NCBI GenBank assembly: GCA_009103225.1
Contig: RHPI01002048.1
Span: 105,712 to 169,711 of the forward strand
Direction of reading: 5' to 3'
DNA from: Chlorokybus atmophyticus
Taxonomy: Eukaryota; Plantae; Mesostigma and Chlorokybus algae
DNA: 64,000 nt
Shown here piece by piece: positions 24,969-40,457 of the stretch (positions are counted from its first letter, which is position 1; each line of letters opens with the position of its first letter). The translations under genes were made by a program, and so were the position numbers. The notes beneath the pieces are model-generated. The model did not search any database and was not told the DNA's origin. It saw only the letters and a program-made list of their open reading frames with translations.

Positions 24969-26848
24969 GTATGCTGCAAGTGCAAATGTGTCACGCGGGC
25001 TTGACCGCTGGGCTATGCCGGTAAGGCACCGATACGAGGTAGTAATGTATCAATAGAAGCTTAGTGGTCGTTGGTCTTGCTCATGAAGTTGGAGAGTAGG
25101 ACAGAATGTCAGCTTGTCAAGTGAGTGCGATGGCGCATGTTATTGTCCATTCGTATTTGTGGTCAATGGAGATCGCTAAATGTACTTGTGTTCATCACAC
25201 TCGTGCATACCCGTCACACACTGCCTTGTGTCTATCTTGCACAGTGTATGTAACATGTATGCTCAATTTCTTATGCTGCAAGTAATATATCATGCAAACA
25301 TGTATTCGGCTGACGCGTGAGGAAAACAACACTCACCGACGGTAACCCAACTCGATGCTTCGATGCTGACACCCATGTTAGTTAGCATTCATTCCCATCA
25401 AAACTTATGTTATAGAACCACATCCCGTTAAGGAGTCACTAGATTGTTAGTACAATTATATTCTCATTGAATGATTGGCGATTTTAAACTTAAAAATGGA
25501 AATTGGATTTTTAATTTGATCTTAAGCCTGTGTTGATGATTGATAATGATCCGCATGCATTGACTCCACGTCATGTAAAACAGCATGACTCTACAAGCGT
25601 GTTCAGCTTGCTGGGGCACAAGCGCATACTACCCGTATTCGCGCTTTCGTTTACCAGGCTATGATAGCAAGGTTACTATTCTACACAAGAAAACATACCC
25701 GCAGTCTTCATCTTACCCTACGACAAGGGCATACGATTAGCATACATATGCATGTCTTTGTCATTTGATTGCGAGGTGCTTATAATGTTGGTATAACTTG
25801 CACTGTGTCTCCTGATACCGTATAAGCAAACATCGCACATCGTATGAATTGCACATGAAGTGCGCAATGTCAAAAGACTCTGAGCGCATTTGCCCTCGCA
25901 AGTGTAATTGCCCTCTCTTTTGGCAGTGACTAATTCAGCACACTCCTTTTGTTTGCCTGGTTTAAAGCACCACAATTGTTGTGGGTGATGGGCACTGCCA
26001 CTGCGCTTGATGGCGCTTCAAGCGCAGTGGCAGTGCTGTGGCCGGCATCTGACCCGGAGACGCGCGATCGTCGATCAGTGACTGCATCAGCGCGGATCTC
26101 GCTAGCAATTGACAGCTGCGCAATGTTGCTTGCTTGCCCGCTGACACTCTGACCGGAACGGCGCTTTGAAGTCTGTACCTCCGCGTACGGTACGCCACCT
26201 TAGCTTAAACCAATCGTTGCGCATGGACATCCTGTAGGCTCTCTACACCGCAGCGCGTACCGTCGACATACTACTTGCACAACCGCTGCACAGTTTACGT
26301 TAGCTTTGAAGATTGGCGCACCACGCTACAAGCTGTGGCAGCTTACACCCGAGCCACCGAGGACTAACGTCGGTGCTGACTTTGTTAGCGTTGACAACAA
26401 CCTCGCTGTACGCCGCAGTGGCTACAATTGTAGCCAGTACATTGTTGCTGCATGGGTGACCAGCAGGCACCGCTGCATTGCAATTATTATCCGTGCGGAC
26501 AAAGTCAGGCCAACGGTCAAAAGCGCATCACTGACCGAGATCTTGTTGGACTTGAGCGGACACTAGCAGGGCTGCAAACCGGGCGTGTGTCCCCAAAGCC
26601 GGTGTACTTCGGCCATGCAACAGAGGGTTCAACTGGAATGGTTCGTTTTGCACCAAACGTCTGTTTGCGCGCGAACCATGCGAAATGCATGGCGCTGAAA
26701 TTTTCAGCTGCGTCCTGCCAGCTGGCATGCCGTAGCAGGTGGTGGTGGAGCGGCGGCGGCGGCCGTGTTGGCGGGGTCGTTGGCGCGGGAGCCGGCGTTA
26801 GTGCTCGTCGTGCTTTGTGAGGTAGCCTGATAAGCTTACCGCCGCCCC

Positions 26849-29230
26849 ATGGGCAATCCTCGGCCTCGTGCCACCGGCGGTGCGGGCCACGGCGCCCCCG
26901 CTGGGCCTGCAGGCGGCGAGCCTGACGCCGAGCAGCCCACTGTGCTTGAGAGTGCTTCGCTTCTGCCTCTGCACAAGCGTCTGCCCGATTTTCTTTCCAG
27001 CGTGAACATCAAGTACGTTAAGCTTGGCTACCATGCGCTCATCTCCCACGCATGGAAGCTGCTGGTCGTTCCCCTTGGTCTCGCCATCCTCGCAGAGCTT
27101 TCCGCCGTGCAGAAGGTAAAAAGCCTGCCACGCCTGGCTTGTGCAAGCATCTTGAACTTGGTGTAGCGTGCATGCGCGATCCTACTGGCAACAATCTTTT
27201 CCATTAAATCTTGCCTGCCTGCGCTGCATGCACTGGCTCCAGCATCTTCTGATTTCCCGGGCTAGCGTGACTATGTAAAGTTCAAGTATGCTGTCAATCG
27301 TCATCTTGCCCGCTTTTCTTTGAATTGTGAACTCGACTGTTCTGCGCTGTCCTTTTTTTCTCATTGGCAGCGCAGTGTGGCTGGTTAACCAAGCAGGCAA
27401 GTGCATGTCCTAGAGCTACAATGGTGTACACCTAGCATTGCCATAACTCACACGCGCTGGCACTTCGCCGTGGTTCAACAGCTGCTTGAACAAGTTGGCA
27501 TAGTGGTTGTTTTGGGCCAGTCGTTGCGGTGCGGGCGCTTAACATGCGCTGGTGGCTCTTTCAGGTCGATCTGCTCGTGCTGTGGGAGCATCTACAGTTT
27601 AATCTGGTTGCGGTTGTATTATCGGCAGCCGCCATAGTGCTTGCTGCAACACTCTATTTCGTGCTAAGACCTAGGCCCGTGTTCCTGGTAGACTTCTCTT
27701 GTTACAGAGCTGAGGACAAGTACAAGGTTAATCACGATGTCTTCATGGAGGGCACTCGGGGTGCTGGTTGCTTCACCCCGGCAAACATTGAGTTTCAAGA
27801 AAAGATCGCGCTGCGCTCCGGTTTGGGAGAGCACACGTACTTGTCAAAAGGGCTGATGACTGTCCCCAAGGACACATCAATGGAAATGGCCAGAGCCGAA
27901 GCAAGGGATGTTATGTTTGGAGGTACAGTATTGGTGTGTGAGATGCAGTTGTGCTACTCTGCGTGCAGTTGCATGTACATTGTGAGCATCATCCTGCCAT
28001 GATGATGATTACTTGCGTGCATCACTTGCAGCTAAGGAGCTGATTGGATTTGCATGCAGCTCTGCAGCAGCTGCTTGACAAGACGAAGATTCGCGCCAAA
28101 GACATTGATATCCTTGTTGTCAACTGCAGTCTGTTCAACCCCACTCCCAGTTTGTCGGCAATGGTTGTAAACCACTTCAAACTGCGGTCCAATGTACGCA
28201 CGTACAACCTCTCCGGCATGGGTTGTTCGGCTGGTGTTATTTCCATTGATCTTGCCAAGGACCTACTGCAGGTAAGGGGTTGTGTCGCTGCTCCAGCTCG
28301 CGTTGAGCATGCAATGGCCCTAATGTTTTATGTTGCTGGCAGACACATGGGAACTCTCTTGCGGTGGTGATTAGCACTGAGAACATCACGCAGAACTGGT
28401 ACTTTGGCAACCAGCGGTCCATGCTGGTACCAAACTGCCTCTTCCGTGTTGGTGGTGCTGCCATCCTGTTGTCAAACAAGCGCAGTCTTCGGCGGCGCTC
28501 CAAGTACGAGCTCTTGCACACAGTCCGCACTCACAAGGGTGCCGATGAGAAGTGTTACACCTGTGTTTACCAGGTATGTCCATTGTGCAACAGGCCCCTA
28601 CATGTGCAAGTGCATTGGTAGGCGGACAGTGCTTGTGCATGCCTGTGCAAGGCATGCATGGCAGGTTTTCTGATTGTCGTTGGTGCGCAGATGGAGGACT
28701 CTGAGGGCAACACTGGCGTGTCACTTTCCAAGGAAGTAATGGCTGTTGCTGGAGAGGCTCTGAAGACCAACATCACAACTTTGGGTCCTCTGGTGCTGCC
28801 CTTGTCAGAGCAGTTGATTTTCTTCGTTATGCTAATTGCACGGAAGATTTTGAAGATGAAGGTCAAGCCATATATCCCTGACTTCAAGCTTGCGTTTGAG
28901 CACTTTTGCATCCACGCCGGTGGTCGTGCAGTTATTGATGAGCTTGAAAAGAATTTGAGCCTCACTCCATATCAGACCGAGCCTTCTCGCAAGACCCTCT
29001 GGCGCTTTGGCAATACCTCGTCTTCCTCAATCTGGTATGAGCTGGCTTACTCGGAGGCTGCCGAACGAGTCAAGCGAGGTGACAGAGTATGGCAGATTGC
29101 ATTTGGCAGTGGTTTCAAGTGCAACAGTGCTGTGTGGCGCGCACTGCGCAACATTAAGCCTTCCCCCGATAGCCCATGGGCTGACGAGGTTGGCCAGATG
29201 GCCGTTGCCGGGAAGGTTGACCTGTCATGA
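26849..29230 (+). CDS. KCS: 3-ketoacyl-CoA synthase (very-long-chain fatty-acid elongase condensing enzyme), 5 exons
   Basis: Exons 26849-27115, 27565-27922, 28060-28271, 28343-28573, 28691-29230. [41 protein letters not shown], catalytic GMGCSAG, HAGGRA, GNTSSSS and [15 protein letters not shown]. Confidence 0.97.
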
Positions 29231-29747
29231 TTGATCAAGTAACCACAGCTCGTCTGAGCATAAGCGTTGAGGACATAGCGGCACCAACTCCATGTGAGTT
29301 TTGCACACAACAATAAGCAAGCAGCGCCTTGGGTCCACTCAGGCATGACAGGCTGTAAGTGACAGGCTGTCATGTGCAGTGACACAGCGTACATAAACAA
29401 GGAGGTAGCTACCTCAACCTAATAGGATTGTATTGACAGCTCAGACTCTGTAAGGATTGTGCTGGGCTGCTGTGGCCATGATTTTGTTCATTATTGCAGG
29501 CGATGTGTCTTGTGCAAGTTGTGCAGTCATAGTCATTCAATGCTTGCTTTCTGGACATACACTAGTATATACATTGTGTACGACGGTACACTGCTGGTTT
29601 GTTGATACCGCTACTGCCTCCATGAGCGGAACTGACTGTGACGCAGCTGTGAGCAGGTGATTAAGTAAAGTCAGTCATACATTACATGGGCAACATGGTC
29701 CATCGGGTCATACTCATGCTAACAGCGCTACACGGCTAGCTACACAA

Positions 29748-32030
29748 CTACACCAGCGCATCTAAAGGCAAACCAGCAACGTCCGCCAGTGCTGTCAATT
29801 TCGTCAAGCCAGACACTCCTTGTGCGGCTGCCAATGCCAACGCCAACAACGCGGAAGCCAGCGTGCGCTGCAGCGCAACAGCCACACGCTGCCGGTACTG
29901 CGTCACGAACCGGGACAGGTAGCGAGCCTCCAGACAGCGATCCTCAATCGCGCGACGCGCATACTGCGATATCACACCCACCAGAGGCTCGCCCATAAGC
30001 CGTATGTCTCCAGTGCCAGCGGTACGAATGTGTCCGTCGGGGGGCAATCGCTGTACTTCGCGCGCTTTGCCTGCTCCGCTGCCCGCGCACTAGCACCCGG
30101 CAAAGCACGAGCGCGTGTGGTAGTGACATTCAACAGTAGACGAGCGTCACGACCCATCTCCGCAGCCACGTTGTCCATGCGACGTCGACCGCCGCCCGCG
30201 CTGGTGTCAGGCAAATAGCCAACCTGCTCTCTGCTGACGGAGTAGCCGGCCTCGCGCATGATGTCGATGAGAGCGTCACGCACCACATTGTGAACCCGCG
30301 TACGATGACCCTCCCACATGCAGTCCGTGAGATGAAGACCTCATGCGTCGTGCAGCTCCTCACCGCAAGCGCACGCCTGCACGCCCAGCAACAGCGGGTG
30401 TGGAAGCCCCAGCAGGTGGCGAACGGCAGTGCGAAACTCAGATTCAGACATCTGCAACTTCCTCCGCACAGGCACGCATAGTAGCCAATATCCCGCCCCG
30501 GTGCCTGCCGCTGACTGCAGCCTCATAACATCATCAGGTGTCGCGGCTGCTACGAAGACGCCCTGACCGCAGAGTCTAGCCTGTCGGTGAGATCCTCCTG
30601 TACGCGGCGACACTCGCCAGCAGCAAACGCCACGAATGAGCTGCTCTGCATTGTACTGACTGGTAGCTGCTTCAATGCGAGACGCAGGTCGTGCTGGAAC
30701 TGCAAGGTGGCGGTTGCCACCTCGTCAATCGCGCTGGGTAGGGCGAACGATGCCACGGCTACAGGGATGAATCTGCGTTGAATGACGGAGGCAACCGCTG
30801 CTCAACCACCAATGAAAGCTGCGGGGGCCACGGCAGCACAACTCCGAATCCCGATGCCTCCCATCGTCACAGGCAGCGTCAGCTGTATGGCACCGGTGGC
30901 GTGTACGTCGGTGAGCTGCATGAGAGTGCCAAATATATCGCGCACAGCAGCGTCGAACGCTGTCAGCTGCTGCAAGAAGGTCTCGGACGGTGCCACTGTC
31001 CGCATGAGGTACGAGGGCGCGTGGCGATGCAACGGGATAATATCAGCAAAGCGACCTGTGTGTCTCTCATGCCTCCCAAAGTCTCCAACGTGGCTCGAGC
31101 GTCCGAAAAGCGCTCCTCATAGTATGCCTAAATACTTGCCGTCGTGCCCACGGGAACGCTCAATGGACTGATGCCCTTGGTGGCGATGGTGATGCTATTA
31201 GGGATGGGCATGGAGCGAGCATTGCGTGCTACGGTGCCGGGGCAGATCGCAACTGTCTTGTCCAACCTCACGCGCAGACCAACACCCTGCAATGCATCGC
31301 ACAACTCTGCCAGTGCGAGCAAGACGTCTTCGTCTGGGCCGATAAGGAATGTGTCATCAGCCGGTGACAGTCGGGAAACGCTGCACCACCTCCGAGCCGA
31401 CGCGGGTGTGCACCAAGGCATAGAGCAGGCCTGCTAATGGGTACCCCTGCCGAGTCCCTATGATGGAGGGTACGGTGATGACGGCGCCGCCGCGACGGTA
31501 AAACAACGAGGACGGCGCCGAGTAGAACAAGCGCACGAACGGGATAAGGTATGCGAAAGGTCCAGTTCGCAGCAGCTCAAACATGGTAGTACAATCAACA
31601 CTATTGAAGGCGTTTGCAACATCAAGATGCAGCAACATGTGGTCCGGATGGGCCCGGAGAGCAACTCTGATGCCTTGCGCGACACTCTCAGCGCCGTTGC
31701 GGGTGGCTACGCTGAATTGCATTGGCTCGAAGTAGGTTGCCGCAATGTCCCGATCTTGACACGCCAGCATCCGCACAATCAGACACTGCAATATCTCCCC
31801 CATAGCAATACGCACTCCACCAATGGGCTTGCGCAGAGCAATGAGAGTGCAAGCAGCCAGAGCTGTTGGTGCCACTACAGGGGCACTTCCTCCTGCTAGC
31901 AACGAGCATACTCGAGAAAGTGACCAGAACGCCTGTTGTACTGGACTTGGCACTACAGCTGTTCTGGACTCTGCATAACGACATGCAGACGGCACCACGC
32001 CAACCCGCACCAGTCCGTCATGTGAGCCCA
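29748..32030 (-). mobile_element. CRE-clade non-LTR retrotransposon (RT + CCHC + restriction-like endonuclease), 5'-truncated and decayed
   Basis: RT motifs LIALRKP.GGVR.IAMGE, QFSV..RNGAE, LDVANAFNS, GTRQGYPL, ADD, LP...GGIGI; zinc knuckle CACGEELHDA*GLHLTDC; RLE motifs HNVVRDAL, RRMD...LLLNVT, KRAKY, FVPLALETYG. Several stops and frameshifts. Confidence 0.85.
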
Positions 32031-33420
32031 GCCCACTGAACACGTATTGGGACCGGCAAGCCAACGTATAGCAGCACATTGCTGATACAGCCGACATGCC
32101 TCTGCGTGACAACGAAGCACTGAGGCCCCTGAATACCGTTCAACTTCATGAGCGCTACACCGCGCTGGAACCGGCGTTCAAATGGCGACAAGACCAAGCG
32201 GCAGCAATCGACGCAAGAGCGCACGCCCTTGCCAATGCTCGCGCTGGCGTTCTTCAACCCACAATTGCTAGCCCATCATCCAGTACGACACCTCTCGCCG
32301 GTGGGCCCGACATTGATTAGACGAGGGCGCTGGCCCAACAGATCAGGGGGGTGATCGCCCCGCTGCTACCCGCCTTGTTGGAAGACTTGCCTGACGATCA
32401 ACGGGATCCATGGAGAGGCTACCTCACACCGCAGAAGTGGACACAACGAGATGGAGCAGGTTCAATCGAAGAACAGCAACTTCGCACTGCCCTGTTGCGA
32501 CAAGCAACCATACTGCACCGACAGAAAGGCATCGGCCTGAGACGGATGTTAAGGATGCGAGAAGATGGTACTGCGGCTCGAGTAAGACTAGTGACTTTGC
32601 TAGTCACCAATCACCGCGCAGTCCCCCTGATCGCCTTCGGCACCGGATTGTTCTGGTTGGACGCCTTCCTGCGCTCGCTACGGCAAGCCTATGACGAGGT
32701 TGCCTCGGCAGCCACTGACACCCTAGAAGGAGCACAAAAGGCCATACTGAGGTTGCCAGGGGTGGAAGCAGCGCGGCAATGCAGACGCATCGAAGCTCCT
32801 TATGAGCAGCATGTCCAACAGCCAGAGATTTACCTCACTGTGCGGGCGCGAGCAACAACAGTGCTGGAGGTGGGAGTGGTCGATGGCAGATGGGATGCCT
32901 ACATGGAAGGGATCCTAAAGGTTCCCACCATCACCCACGACATAAGAGCGCGGCTCCTGCGCGCAGTGTAGCTCCTGCCCATGCCTTAAAATCACCGCTG
33001 ATGTGACGTGGTCAACAACCCAACAGCCACTTGGGAAGGTACGCTGGTCAGGAAGGCAGCTCATGCAATACGCTGGACTTTTGTGGAAGAACAGGCTGCA
33101 CGAGAGGCGGGCCCACAAACACCCGGTCCTCCAGGGTTTCCCCAACAGCCATTGGCTACGCCGCCAAGAATCACCCCGGCCACACAGAGACGCAATCCCC
33201 CTGCGCCAACCAGGGCAGCCACACGCAGCACCGCCAGCACCCAGGCCACAGCGTGTTTATCAACAGCCAAGACAAGGACGATTCGGGCCAGGCCGCGGTT
33301 AAGGAGGTGCTCAAGACCCAGCGGGTTGAGGGGCGCTTGCCGCACTGTGCTCGACACCACCGGAAGAGACTGCAGCACCAAATACCCCACGCACACGCTA
33401 CCGACGGTTCAAGCGGCTGC
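32030..33420 (+). pseudogene. Gag-like region of the DNMT-gypsy element
   Basis: Long coding-like frame (ORFs 32096-32320, 32351-32971, 33008-) broken by stops. A frameshifted CCHC-like knuckle C.HCARHH.KRDC lies near 33330-33375, directly upstream of the protease. Confidence 0.6.
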
Positions 33421-33440
33421 GCATCCACGCCAATGCAGCC

Positions 33441-33880
33441 ATGATCGCCAACCAAGGCAAGCATGTCACTATTAATGGACGAGCACTCAAGCGGGTGATG
33501 CTATACTCCGGAGCCCAGCCCGTCATCATCGGACGTTACCCTGCACGTGACCTTGGCATCACCAGCGCTGAGCAGATGCCGTGCCCATACGTACTCGACA
33601 CCGCAACCAACAACCATGACAAGGTGATTGGCATCACCAAGCAAGCCCTCTGCATTCGCTTGACAGGAGTGGACCCGTCCCATAGCACCGAGGTCATACA
33701 GAAGTGTGTGGTCACCGATGCAGTATCCTTCCACCTGTTGTTGGGACAGGACTTCAACTTCCCTGTTGGCATGGGGCTGGACTGCTGGACAAAGAAGGCA
33801 TGGTTTCGTTCTCATTGGGATGAGGAGGACGGAGAGGTTCAAGGATATCTGCCTGTCGAGATGGTGGCTCGCACTCGTTC
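33441..33880 (+). pseudogene. Retroviral-type aspartic protease (catalytic D mutated to Y)
   Basis: VMLYSGAQPVII (for LDSGA) and the C-terminal LLLGQDF motif. Confidence 0.75.
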
Positions 33881-34200
33881 CCACCGGAGGTCAGCTGCCA
33901 CAGCTACCTACAAGTCGTTGTCGGCAACCACTAACAGGTCAGCTGCGACAGCCACCCATAGGTCGGGTTCGACAACCACTGACAGATCATCTGCGGTGGT
34001 CACCCACAACTTGGACCAAGACTCTCCTATCCCATATGACGAGTCTCACGAAGATGCCACTGAAGAAGTGGCCCACCAGAAACCAGCGGAACGCCGGTAG
34101 CGCGCACACGTGGTCGCACATCTACTACTGACCAGACCATGGCTCACTTCACGGTTCCCTCTCTACAAGGACCAAGCTGCTGTCCAGGAACAACACCGGG

Positions 34201-34485
34201 TGTCAGGAGATGGGGTGCTCCCTCCTCCCTTTAATCCCCTACCTCATCACCACCACCAGCCACGTCGCCCACGCCGCCGTCGCCAGGGGCAACTGCCGAA
34301 GCAGAAGATCCCCTGGCTAATGGCGGCCGCTGCGTTAGCAGCGTCGCCATGCGCGCTAATATCGACATGAGACTCATGTCTCATGTCGATATTGGTGTTA
34401 CAGATAAGTAACACTACATTAGGGCCTTAACATAGGTTAACGGCCCTAATATGGCTTAATAGGCTGTACAATCCCGTTGGGACCC
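34201..34485 (+). repeat. Direct repeat, copy 1 (pol linker + hairpin cassette + chromovirus LTR end)
   Basis: Matches 40173-40456 with scattered substitutions and indels (low-to-mid 90s % by eye). Confidence 0.9.
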
Positions 34486-37420
34486 CTATTTCATCCTAAA
34501 TAAGGGCGGGGAACCTCTATGGAGGTAGCACACCGTTACATTCCCCCCCACTTAGGTTTCAATGTCCTCATTGAAGGGTTAGCAAAGCCCCCCCACGAGT
34601 AAAGGAACGAAAGTAGTATGAGAATCAGGGCCGAAGCGGTAAAGATGTCTGCCAGCACCCTTTTACCGTCCGCGTGTGGACACAGTACTCCAGTACCCCC
34701 GAAGAATCTCCTGGCAATTGGTAAGATTCCTTTCGGGCTCCCTTGTATTGTGCTCAACACCATACCCTTTCCATTTCAGCAAGTAAAACGGCGCGTGTCC
34801 GCATCGAGGCTTACGATGAGTTAGGATTGCTTCCACCTCATACTCGAAAGTATCGTCGCCATCCACTGCAACGGGGGGTGGAGGAGGTTGAACCCGACCG
34901 TCAGAACGGTACGGTTTCAGTACACTCACATGAAACACATTGTATATGCGTATCGATTTTGGCAAGTTCAAACGATACGCGTGAGTGCCGACCCGATCAA
35001 TCACTCTTAACGGGCCTATCCAGCGAGGGAAAAACTTGCGGGTACCCACTCTCTTGATGAATATATTTTGGTGCTGAGAAGCACCGAACAGCCCATATCG
35101 TAATTGGCCTCTCTACGATGCGCATCAGCATGGGCTTTTTGTCTGTCTTGCGCTGCGCGCAGACAGTCCTTTGCCAACGCCAACCTATCCTGCATGGCCG
35201 AAGCCATCTCGTGCGCTGCAGGTATGCGAGTCATGTCGGTAGCGGGCAACTTAATGTTTGCATGACTCAGTGGATGCACTCCATAACTCAAACAGAACCG
35301 GGTTTCCTGCACGCTCTCTTGCCATGCATTGTTAATCGCGAACTCAGCCATTGGGAGATAAACATCCCAATCAGATTGGTTCGGATTTACATAATGCCGG
35401 ATGGTTTCCTCAATCACTTGATTGGCGCGCTGTGTCTGACCATCCGTCTGTGGATGGCAAGCTGTGCTCATGTTCTGCTGAATATGTAAGAAGCTGCATA
35501 GCGACTTCTAAGATTGAGCTACAAATCGCGGATCGCGATCAGACACGAAGTTACGAGGCAAGCCATGTAACTTAAACACAGAGGCGACAAAAACCATCGC
35601 TAACTCACGGAGCCTATTTCCGTGCGGCAAGGGACAATGTGAACCACTTTTGTTAAACGATCCACAAAAACTGCAACCAAAGTGTGCCCTAATGCTGTCT
35701 CCGGGAGCTCAATAATTGGGTCCATACTCACACTTTCCCACTTGCCATCAGGAACAGGCAAAGGTCGCAGCAACCCAGCGGGTTTCTGACGTAACGGCTT
35801 GTCACGCTGACATTTGTTACACGTGTCAACATAATGCTTCACGTCAACAGGCAACGATGGCCACCAGTACAACTGTTGCGCTGCTTTAGTAGTCTTGCGA
35901 CCCCCAAAGTGCCCAGTATACAGTGGATCGTGTACTTCAGCTATGCATTCTATGCGCAACCCAGCGTGGTCAGGTATCACCAAGCTGGCGCTCATATAAT
36001 ACAAGTTGTCTCTTTTGTCAAGCTTTTGTACATTCTCTTGTATAGCGAACCATGGGTCTAATGCATACCCCTGTAAAACAGCTTTCACAAATTCATCATC
36101 AGGAGGCAGTGTACCCTGCGTTGCAAGCAACTGCGCACGCATAACTGCCAACAATGACGGACAGCGACTCAGAGGATCGGCCATGTTGGTTCTGCCCGGC
36201 CAGTATACCCATTCAAAGGTAAACCGCGACAGGAACTCATTTCCAGCGAGCTTGCCTACGCGACAAGTTTAGCTGTGTTGAGAAGTACACCAACGGGTTG
36301 TGATCAGTCACCACTGTTACCTGAACTCCCTCGAAGTAACATCGCCATGTTACAAGAGCATGCACTATACCAAGCAATCCTTGCTCAATGGTAGTGTAGT
36401 TCACCGCTGCTGGGATGAATCCTACTCTCATAAGCACATGGTCGGCCATCCTATAGCAATACTGCACCACACCCAAGGGTGGAGGCATCGCTAATCACAG
36501 TGAAGTGTTTATCCCAATTTGGCAATGCCAAAACTGGTGCCGAAGTCAAAGCCAGCTTCACTTGTTGCATAGCAGCTTCTTGTGCTGCTGTCCAAGAGAA
36601 TGGGGCATCCTTTCGCAACAGTTTTGTCAAAGGCACCACAACTATAGAGTACCCCATCACAAAATTGCGAAAGTAGTTTGCCAACCCCAAGAATGATCGC
36701 AACTGATGGATGTTCTTAGGTTGAGGCCAATCTTTTACCACTTGCATTTTGCGAGGGTCAGGTTTGACACCCGCACCACTCACAATATGCCCTAAGAATG
36801 GCAACTCTGTCTTGCAAAGTCACACTTTGACAAGTTGGCAAACAAGCGATGTATACGCAGCAAGGCGAACACCGCTTTCAAGTGCTGCTTATGCTCTTCC
36901 TTGGTTTTACTAAAGACAATGATGTCATCCAAGTAAACCATAACATACTTGCCAAGTATGCCACCAGAAATCTTATTCATTTCCTTTTGAAACACTGCGG
37001 GCGCATTAGTCAATCCAAAAGGTAACACTTTGTATTGATAATGGCTCGAAGGTGTTCTGAATGCTGTCTTGTAAATATCAAAAGGATGAATCCGGATTTG
37101 ATGATACTCACTTGTCAAGTCCAACGTAGTACGCATTTCCCGACAGTTTATCAAACACATCATCAATCCGGGGCAACGGGTATCGATTACTTACCGTAAT
37201 CTTGTTCAAAGCACGGTAATCCACACACAAGCGCAGCTTTCCATTCTTTTTCATCATAAACAAGATGGGCGCGCCAAAGGGTGAAGAACTTGGTTCAATC
37301 AATTCCCCCGTGTAAGATATTGGGCATGGTGAGACAAACAAGATATTCGTGCACTTGGAAACACCTCTTGCACATCCACTTGTAAGTAAGTAATGGTAGG
37401 CAGTTTCACGGTAAGGTACC
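34396..37420 (-). mobile_element. Chromovirus (Ty3/gypsy) 3' half: RT-RH-INT-chromodomain, PPT and 145-bp 3' LTR
   Basis: LRLCVDYRALN, LDLTSEYHQ, PFGLTNAP, YLDD, SDAS..GCG, TDHNPL, GHFG..KT, SMD, TDGQT; chromodomain [23 protein letters not shown]; PPT AGTGGGGGGGAA; LTR TGTAACGG...TGTAACA at 34540-34396. Confidence 0.92.
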
Positions 37421-37858
37421 TTTCATAGATATCAATGAATGTGGTTGCAGAGCATGGTGAGGCACAATGTAGTCATTGCGAGCAAGCCCAACTTGAACAT
37501 GGTAATTTTTTAATGCCGCTGTCTATGGGGGATGTTGTACTGTTCCAATTTGTACTCAAGTTTGTGAATATTAGTGTGATCGCGTTGAAACCCTTGAAGC
37601 GTGTTTTTAACATTGTGAAGAGCAATCATTCACAATTCTACAGGAGGCTAGTTATGTTACAAGAGATTGTGCATGTACACATTGAGATAACGGTTGGGTT
37701 TATGATCACGTTATTATACCAATGTACATAAGGGTAGTAGATTGTTTGCAAAGATACTTCACCTCCCACATTGCATTGCAATATATGCACATGCACATTG
37801 ATGAACTATGTGACATGTTGCAGCATGTACACCGCAACTGTTAATCAACAATTAACAT

Positions 37859-40172
<2,314 letters not shown>

Positions 40173-40456
40173 TGTCAGGAGAGGGGGTGCTCCCTCCTCC
40201 CTTCAATCCCCTACCCCAACACCACCACTAGCCACGTCGCCCACGCCGCCGCCGCCAGGGGCAACTGCCGAAGCAGAAGATCCCCTGGCTATGGCGGCCG
40301 CTGCGTTAGCAGCGTCGCCATGCGGCTAATATCGACATGAGTCTCATGTCGATATTAGCCGCATGGTGTTACAGATAAGTAACATTACATTAGGGTCTTA
40401 ACATAGGTTAACGGCCCCAATATGGCTTAATAGACTGTATAATCCCGTTGGGACCC
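40173..40456 (+). repeat. Direct repeat, copy 2, containing a 49-bp perfect palindrome
   Basis: Matches 34201-34485. The palindrome at 40318-40366 has 24-bp arms and a 1-nt loop. Confidence 0.9.
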
Positions 40457-40457
40457 T

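Noticed and set aside
26260-26390. MULE/ZSWIM-like fragment YVSFEDWRTTLQAVAAYTRAT
   Set aside because: Too short, with no supporting flanking motifs.
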